DNA of 64,000 nt, taken from positions 16,595,958 to 16,659,957 of the forward strand of contig OZ316897.1 of the NCBI GenBank assembly GCA_973895155.1. The letters run 5' to 3'. This document shows, piece by piece, positions 56,435 to 64,000 of this stretch. The translations under genes and the position numbers were made by a program. Position 1 is the first letter of the stretch. Each line of letters begins with the position of its first letter. The DNA is from Marsupella aquatica (taxonomy: Eukaryota; Plantae; Marchantiophyta). Below the pieces are notes generated by a model. It was not told the DNA's origin, made no database searches, and saw only the letters and a list, made by a program, of their open reading frames with translations.

Positions 56435-57821
56435 TGTCGTATAGTGCTAAGTATCAAAAGTGACTCTCCTCACCTAAAACCAGGGTTTCGATCCCTTTAA
56501 GAACAGATTTCAGAATGAATTGTATAACTTTTATCACTCCGAGTGATTTAGAGTCTTGAGCTCTATGTTGACTTCACTTCTCAATAAAAAAATCGAATAA
56601 ACAAACAACAAAGTAACTGAACTTCTGATTTATGAATTAGAGAAGAAATGAGTAAGGATTTAGAGACTACAAGCTACTGCCACTCCTTCAGAAAGGATTT
56701 GGGCTCAGTATAGACATGAAATCTATCTCATAATTCATCCATCTCACTCTTCAAAACACAAAGGTTAATGATAATGGAATTCTCAATCTGATGAAGCAGA
56801 AGCTTTCTGATTGCAAATGAATGATATGATTTAAAATGCCGTCAACATGGTTTGACATCAGCGATACGCAATTCAGTCAAACTCTAAACCATATTCCAGA
56901 ATCAAAGCAACAGTACTAACTACTCTGAGAATCAGAATTTACTTCTCATTTATCATTAACTATTCTTGAATTGGCTAGCGAATCCCGACTCTGCAAGCAA
57001 GCCTAGCAGTGAATTCAATACGAGTTTCAGAAATCTGCAACTGAATTCAATCACCACAGGAATCTCTTGAATTCAATCTTAACTTCAATCAATATAGCTT
57101 TACTTCCATACAAAACACTCACAGCATGCCTTGTTACAATGGAAGGAGGAGAAAACTATTCAGAAGACTCAATTCTGAATACAGTATTAACTCTATTTCT
57201 CTCTACTTCAAATGAGCATTCTACTCTGTCTTATAAGTGCTGGAATCCTAAAATGGAGGAGGTAAGAACAGTCGTGCCTTTCCAAGCTTAAAACTAAACA
57301 AGGGAGAAGCACAGCATAAGTACTTCAACAAGGGTGGTAGAATACTACTTTACTAGTAATCTACTTCAAAAACTAAGTGTTGAGCGGACGCTGCTAGAAG
57401 CGTCGGGAGAATCTGGACGCTGCTAGAAGCGTCTTAAGTAAAACCAACGGACGCTGCTCACACTGCTCACAGCGTCAATACTAGGGTGGACGCTGCTCAC
57501 AGCGTCGTGTGTTGAAGCTGACGCTTTCCACAGCGTCGGTCGAAATCCTCATAGAGTCTTGGTGGCGGTCGGGCACTGCCAAAAGCGTCATGAGGAGGTT
57601 GGACGCTTCCGCAGCGTCTTGAGTAAAAGAAACGGGCGCTGGTCACAGCGTCGGGCAAAGTACACTAGGAATCGTCAGGAAAGCCGGAGATGTCAAATAT
57701 TTCTATAAGTGTCCAGAACAAGTAAATGTTGGCCGGAAGGTGTCTAAAGTGTAAGTAAATCTTGTGATATGCTAAAAATAAACAAGTTTCCAGAAAAAAT
57801 TGCAGGGACACCCATACCACA
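56435..57821 (-). repeat. 5' LTR of element B (1387 bp)
   Basis: Direct repeat of 44295-45681; adjacent to the PBS. Confidence 0.97.
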
Positions 57822-57826
57822 ATTCG

Positions 57827-58746
57827 AGAAGTGGGGTATTGATTACATTGGACCTCTGAAACCACTGACCCACCCTCGACGGAACAAGTACATAATCCTG
57901 GCTACGGATTATGCAACTAAATGGGTAGAGGCCAGACCAACAACGAAGGATGATGCAATTACTACGGCTAGATTCATGTATGAGCAGATCTTCACCAGGT
58001 ATGGAGCACCCCTAGAATTAGTTAGTGATAGAGGAACCCATTTTTTGAATGATATAATTAGTCGTTTAAATGAGCAGTATTTAGTTAAACATAGGCCTAC
58101 TACTCCCTACCATCCAAAGGCAAACGGGTTGACAGAACGAGCAAACGGAATTATAGGAAAGATATTGAACAAGATAGTAGCTCAAAACAAACTCGATTGG
58201 GATGATAAATTGTTTGCTGCTGTTTTTGCTTACAATCTTGCCTATAAATCCACTACCGGTCATACACCCTTCTTCTTAACCTTTGGACAAGAAGCCTTGG
58301 TACCCATGCAACTTGAGATACCGACATTTCAAGTTACAATTGAGGAAAGAGCCTCAGCGGAGGAGAGCCTAAAGGAGCGAGAATATAGGTTAGAAGCTTT
58401 AGAGGAAGCGAGAATGATTTCAGCCGAGAGAGTAGAATATAGACAGAATATCATGAAGCAGCAGTATGATAAAAGGTTAAAAGTAGTTAGTATTCATACC
58501 GGTGATCTTGTGCTACTTTATGACAGTAGGTATAGTAGGTTTCCAGGAAAGCTTTACACTCGCTGGTTAGGACCCTTTAGAGTAACCATGATGTTCCCCA
58601 ATGGCTCCGTACAATTGGCCAACATTACGGGAGAGGTATATCCAGTTCGCATCCATTATGACCGCCTCAAGAAATACTATATGGACGAAGATGAAGTTGT
58701 TCGCGAGGACGCTTCACAATTAAGTGGGGAGCTATGTGATGCCTAG
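57827..58746 (+). CDS. pol: Element A pol, 3' part (integrase core and GPF motif); runs 12 nt into the 3' LTR
   Basis: EKWGIDY, SDRGTHF, NGLTER, WLGPF; stop at 58744-58746. Confidence 0.95.
58722..58731 (+). promoter_or_regulatory. Polypurine tract of element A
   Basis: AAGTGGGGAG, 3 nt before the 3' LTR and inside the integrase frame. Confidence 0.85.
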
Positions 58747-61700
58747 ACAGGAATCACTCAGCCGGTTAAGTGGGTAAAGCAGGAAGGCACCCTAGGAACA
58801 CCTTAGTATAGGGACAAAACAAGGAAAATATAAACAATTAGGGGCAACCATGGAACCCGGGCCGAGGCCGGAGGTAAGGCTGAGGGTGAAAACCCGATTA
58901 GGGTTAGGGCGCGTTAAGCGTCGGCGGCTAGGAAGGATCAACGGGAAGAAGGACCGGCGGAGGAGAGGGGTAAGGAGCGCTTGCAGGAGATGGTGGCTCA
59001 TTTGCGAGCACGAACTAGGCAGACGACTACGGGAGGCCAACTACTGTCAGCTGCTTAGGCAAGCACTCGGGGAGAGAGTAGATACCGACGATCGACCTAA
59101 GGAGGGTATGAGCAACGTCAATCAAGCGGCACATTTCTGGGGATGCCTATTCGAACGGGCAACTGAGTACATCAAGACTTACGAGGACGAGGAGTCAGAA
59201 AGGGCAGCTCGAGAACGGCAGGAGCTCGCTCGATTGTGGGAGCTGTAGAAGACGGCTTTCTTAGGAGGCGAACTCATCAAGGATGAGTTCCTGTGGACGC
59301 CTACTTCCAATCAACTCGACGATCTTCTGTTTTGCAAAGACAGCGTCGTCGGCATCCGAGAGGCCATCAAGAACTGCAACGACATACACTGGGAATTAAA
59401 GGGTAGCACGGAAAGGTGGACCCAGGCAACGGTGCTAGGAGAAACCTCCACGGCAGCAGAGATGAAGAGGAAGGGAGCCGTCAACGATGAAGCCACCCCG
59501 GCAAAAAGAACGAGGTCGGCGGCACCAAAGAAGCCAGCCGAGCAGTAGAACAGGAGGCAGGGAGAAGCCGAAGAGGAGGAGGTCGATCCCATCAAGGCCA
59601 TTCCAACCAGGGATGACACCTGGAAGGGCTGGGCGGCAACCCTACCGGTGGAGGTGCAACTACATTTTGCACGGGAGGAGGATGCATGCTTTACGGCCAT
59701 GCAGACCAAGAAGTACCAAGGCTTCATGGCCGGATCCGGCTTGGAGGCCTTTGTAAGATTACCATGGCTGAAGCCGGAGGTACCGGAGTCAGACCTATTA
59801 GAATTCGTGGGGTCATGGGAACCCGAGACCAATTGCACGAGGATATATGGGAAGGATTTCTATCTTACTCCCAAGGTAATTGCCGAAGTGTTTGGCCTGC
59901 CGATAGGCAATAAGACCAAAGTTGATACCAGGAAGACCTTGCCTGACAAGGAGTTCCGGTCGTTCCCCGGGCCATCAACGAAGAATGGCTTCTTCCGGAA
60001 TACCTGCACCAACCCGCACATAGGAGAGATGATCGACTTCTTGCGGGTGACCATGCATTGTAACTTGCCGAGGGCAGAGATCGGCAAGGCACAGGTCTAT
60101 CTGGCAGAAAGGCCAGACCCAAGCCGGGACTACAACGGGTACCTCCTTAACCAATTGAAGAAGATCTTAAAGGAGGAGCAGCAGGTAATCGGCATGGGGA
60201 GCGTGTCGCGGCTGGGCCATCATATGCCGCTGTTGTGCCGGTATGCCAGAGGTCAGACTTTTGCCCCGGTACTTCCCCTGCAGGTAAGGGCACCCGAGGA
60301 AGCTCCAACGCCGAGGCCGTTGGCTGAGAAGCCTCAACCACCTGTTAGTCCTACGATCGAGCAGGTGTTTAGGCCCAGGAAGGAGGACTTGCCGATGCAG
60401 CAACCAGGCATGCAGAGTCTGCTGAAACTACTGGAGAAAGAAAAGAAATCGGCATCGGCAACAACAACGGCAACGGCAACAATGCAGGACACTACTACAG
60501 AGGTAGGCCTACACCGGCTCACAAGAGAAAACCCCTTTGCTGGAGACAAGGAGAGAATCAGGCCGGAATCCAAGCCAGGTGTTCGAATGTACGTGGGAAC
60601 CTCAAGCTCCGAATCTGAGGCAGAATTGCCTGAAGCTCCTACCGACGAAGAGGAGAGGGAGAAGCCGGACGTCCAAGAGGTAGAGGAGGTAGTGGAGGAC
60701 TGCAGCCATGATAATTCCGGCTATGGGTCGGACCATCACGTTCCAGGAGTAAGGACCTGTGGCCGGTTTGTCCCCACACTTCCAAGGGTAGTGCGAGGGG
60801 ACCCCAACCAGCAGAGTAGCCCTGAGTCTCCCCCACCAGATGTTGCTCCCCCGAGCTTCGACGGCATAAAACAGACGGTGCAGGAATTTCAGGAGCGAAT
60901 CAAGCAGGAGGAGGAGGCCGCCCTGGCTAAGGAAAAGGATTTACCAGGAGGAGATTGGCCGGAGGACATCAGGCGGCTAGCCAAAAAAGGAAGCAAACCT
61001 CTAGCCACGATTGAAGAGATCCGCAGGACGGCTTGGGAGCAGAGGCCGCGATGGGCGATGCCGATCACTTCTACTTACTCCACCTACGCTAAGAATAGAG
61101 CCATGGAGTATGGTGAGATGTGTGGGGAACTTGCGCTCGGCATCTTTGGAGAGGAGTTGGAGGTAGGACCCTTTTTCCATAGGGAGCAGTTGGAGAAGCA
61201 CCAATTAGAAGAAGCGGTGGCTTTAGAGAGAAGCAAGAAGGACGAGGTCATTCGGCGGCTTAGGAGGATGGAAGCCGAGATTGAAGATCTAAGGGCGGCC
61301 AAGAAAGCCCAAGATGAACTGCGGATTAAACGACATGAGCTGAACATCATGCAGGGGCAGTTGGACACCGCGCAGGCTGATAATCAGAATATCAAGGATA
61401 AACTGACTCAGATGCAGGAAGAGTTGGTCGACACGATCAAAGAGAGGGAGAAGTGGAAGCAAGAGCTGAAGAATACAGAGGAGGCCCACATAACAGCCAA
61501 CAGCCGGGCCATGGCGGAGACCCAAAGAAAGGAATGGGCGTTGAAAGGGGAGCTCGAGAAAATCCGCGGAGCCCTTGAGCAGAAGGAGGCCGAGTTAGGG
61601 AAATCCTATCAAGGGATTATGGCGCTGCAGCAGGAGCTTGCGTCCCTGACGGCCAGCTTCAAGGCCGACCTAAGGGAGAAGGACGAGATGCTCGAACAGA

Positions 61701-63403
61701 CTTACGCCAAGATGAACTAGATGGAGTCTGTCATCATTGCAGAGCTCGACAAGGAGCTAAAAGCAACCCAGGAGGAGAGGACTACCTTGAAACAAGAACG
61801 GGAGGAAGCCCAGAAGGAACTAGAGGAGGCACGCAAGGACCTGGATGAGACCCAGGAGGAGTTGGAGGAAATCACGAGGAAGATGGAGAACCTCCAGCGG
61901 CGGGCCGACAACCAAACGGAGTGGCTGAAGAAACAAGCCGCAGTATTTAGGTGCTTGTCTTCATCAGGCCCAACTCCAATTGGGGCAACCAAGTTACCAG
62001 GAGTGGTACTGGCCGAAGAAAAAGCCGCGCCAACTGCACCAGTGCCGGAGGTAAGTGGGAAGGGGAAGGGACCAGCTGCCGAACCAGAAAAGAAGAAAAA
62101 GCGGAAACCTTCAGGGTCAAGGAGTAATCCGACTCCACAAGCCGTGGTGACCAAAGAGGTAGAACCAGCACCATCCTCCGACATGAATACGGCAATAGAT
62201 CCCGCTATGATCACAGGTAGGGATGGTGCGGCCCAAGCCGAACTACTCAGTAAGGAGGCCAGTATTCCAGATCCGCCTCTTGAGCAGGCCGGGGAGACCG
62301 TAGCCGAGGCTGAGGCCGTAACCGATTCTCGAGCCGATGCCGACGCCGATGGTGGACCCAGTCAGGCCGATGGAGAGTTGACTCAGTCAAGGGCAGGTAA
62401 TCTGTCAGGGAATGAGCCTACGGCAGTGGCTGAGGAGGAAGCGTTGGGGGCGTCCATTAAGGATCCACCACCGGTGTCGTGACGGTGCAAGGGCGCCGTT
62501 CCTTTTAGGGAGGGCGGACGTGGAGGGAGGAGGCGTGAGTGGGCAGGGCGGGCGCGGATCTCCACGTTTAGGATTAGGATCAGAACCAGGAGCGGCCCTG
62601 ACACTTAGCTTAGTGGGATTGCGGTCCCACTGGTAGGAGCAACACTTGTGCTCCTGCCTTGCTGTACATAGGTAGATTCGGGCAAGTATATTACTGTTAA
62701 GTAGATTAGGCTTACGATGCAAAGAATGGCGGATCCACTACCAGGATAAGTACCTGGGCAGCGGGGAGCTCAGGGCCTCTTCTTTAGCAAGTTTTTAGTT
62801 TGCACCAGCCGGGCTGGGATCAAGTAGTACGAGAAGCTCTCGGTTAGTCATACAGTGACCCTTGTGTATATTCATGTTTCCTCATGCCTAAGAGCTGAAT
62901 AGAGTTGGCCTCACGGCTTAGTTCGCAGAACTTGTGTATGAGATGTACTGTTTGTATGGCAAGTGCATGGTATGACTCAATCAGAATGAGTCATTTTGCT
63001 ATTTGTGTGTCGCATTAACTTGTGTGAAGAGTGCCCACATCAACAGAAGGAAGGAAAGTAAGCAGGGGAGTGAGAGTTGGATGTGTCGAGCTGAGAGAGG
63101 TCTTAGCGGCTTAACCAAGCCTATTGGGGATCATTCCGGCGGCGGAATCCAAACATACCTAACAAGACGGAGGGGAAGACAGGGGAAGACAGGGGAAGGC
63201 CTATATTAGGCCGGCTACGTATCTCATGACCCGATGAAGGATCTGTCCAGTATATGTGTGTAAAATGTTAATAGTAGTAGTAGAAGGTTAGCAGCGTCCC
63301 ATGCCGCTAAGCCGCGGAAACGGCCTCGCCAAGCACGAAACCTGCGGGAATCGGCTTGAGCTGGGGGGTTTCTTGGGTTTAGGGAGCCATGGGACGCACC
63401 ACA
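58735..63403 (+). repeat. 3' LTR of element A (4669 bp)
   Basis: Direct repeat of 34312-38980; followed by the TSD. Confidence 0.97.
58850..62482 (+). pseudogene. LTR-encoded ~1210-aa protein, 3'-LTR copy (three TAG stops)
   Basis: TAG at 59246-59248 (shared with the 5' LTR), 59546-59548 and 61718-61720. Confidence 0.85.
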
Positions 63404-64000
63404 AAATTCCAAATGAATTGTAAGGGGGCACTCCGAGAGGTAATGTACTCTTCATTGGGTCATTTTCACATAATGGTGTGTCATTAATGCCAATGACTAC
63501 ATATAGGGTCATTTTTATAGTCATATTTGTGGTCATTAGACAGGTCCCTCATGGTGTGTCATTAATGAAAACACCTCAAATTAGGGTCATTTTGGTTGTC
63601 ATACTACAGGTAAGAAGTTCCAAATGATTGGAAATGTGGTCCTTACAAAGGCTATTGGGGGGTTCTCTTTGGAGGTACAAGGGAGTTCATTGGGTCATTT
63701 GTGAATTAAATAGTGCTTCAATATGAATGACTAAAAGTGGGGTCACTCACGCTGTCATCTTGGAAGCCATTAATGTTGGCATATTGGAGGTCATATAGTC
63801 ATGGTGAGACTAATAAGGTAGTCCAAAATTGTGTTCATGCATATGGTCCTTTTTGCAGACATAACCTATCACCCAAGAAACATGGCCGGTACATAGTTAA
63901 TTACACTAATGTAATCCACAACACCCTCACCTCCCATTAAGGAGGTTTAAATGAGGGGCGGGTTATGGGCACCTACACAAACAGCCATGACCTTATGGGG

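Larger units (their letters stand above)
44295..57821 (-). mobile_element. Full-length, apparently intact Ty3/gypsy element B (13527 bp; Athila/Phygy-like non-chromovirus)
   Basis: 1387-bp LTRs with TG...CA ends; TSD ATTCG (44290-44294 / 57822-57826); PBS; PPT; uninterrupted ORFs. Confidence 0.97.
34312..63403 (+). mobile_element. Full-length non-chromovirus Ty3/gypsy element A (~15.6 kb without nested B)
   Basis: Two 4669-bp LTRs with TG...CA ends; TSD AAATT (34307-34311 / 63404-63408); PBS; PPT; gag-PR-RT-RH-INT order; no chromodomain or second RNase H seen. Confidence 0.97.
29516..64000. mobile_element. CACTA element 3 (left end, repeat-rich arm; host of element A; continues past the window)
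   Basis: CACTAGAAGAAA abruptly interrupts the transposase; dense AATGAC/GTCATT motifs follow; the same repeat-type sequence resumes at 63409 (compare 30831-30895). Confidence 0.7.

Noticed and set aside
57769-57826. N-terminus MLKINKFPEK of the 325-aa ORF as an independent integrase gene
   Set aside because: It is chimeric with the B LTR end; the integrase is the continuation of A's pol.

Overview
This window is a nest of transposable elements from a land plant, possibly a bryophyte (inferred from plant-type tRNA primer sites, CACTA elements and TTTAGGG-like tracts). It has no recognisable host gene. (1) Ty3/gypsy element A (34312-63403, TSD AAATT, tRNA-Asn PBS) has giant 4669-bp LTRs, each carrying a ~1210-codon ORF, and a candidate -1 frameshift signal between protease and RT. 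(2) A very young gypsy element B (44295-57821, minus strand, TSD ATTCG, tRNA-Asp PBS) splits A's integrase. B has a TGA-CAA-TTA readthrough signal between protease and RT, a duplicated PPT, an 852-aa extra ORF and a second protease-like ORF. (3) There are further family-A LTR copies (solo 6004-10653; diverged minus-strand copy 88-~12985), a second ORF-carrying LTR family C (solo 18044-21193; terminus at 1-87) and a B-related solo LTR D (1702-3305). (4) There are four CACTA elements. One carries an intact SET-domain exon inside its transposase gene, and another carries 83-bp and ~578-bp tandem arrays. (5) A MITE with a 4-bp TSD and a 5'-truncated LINE complete the nest. The strongest novelty candidates are the CACTA-borne, apparently alternatively spliced SET domain and the protein-coding giant LTRs, together with a PPT-shift model for their origin. 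All domain calls come from motif recognition by eye; no searches were run.
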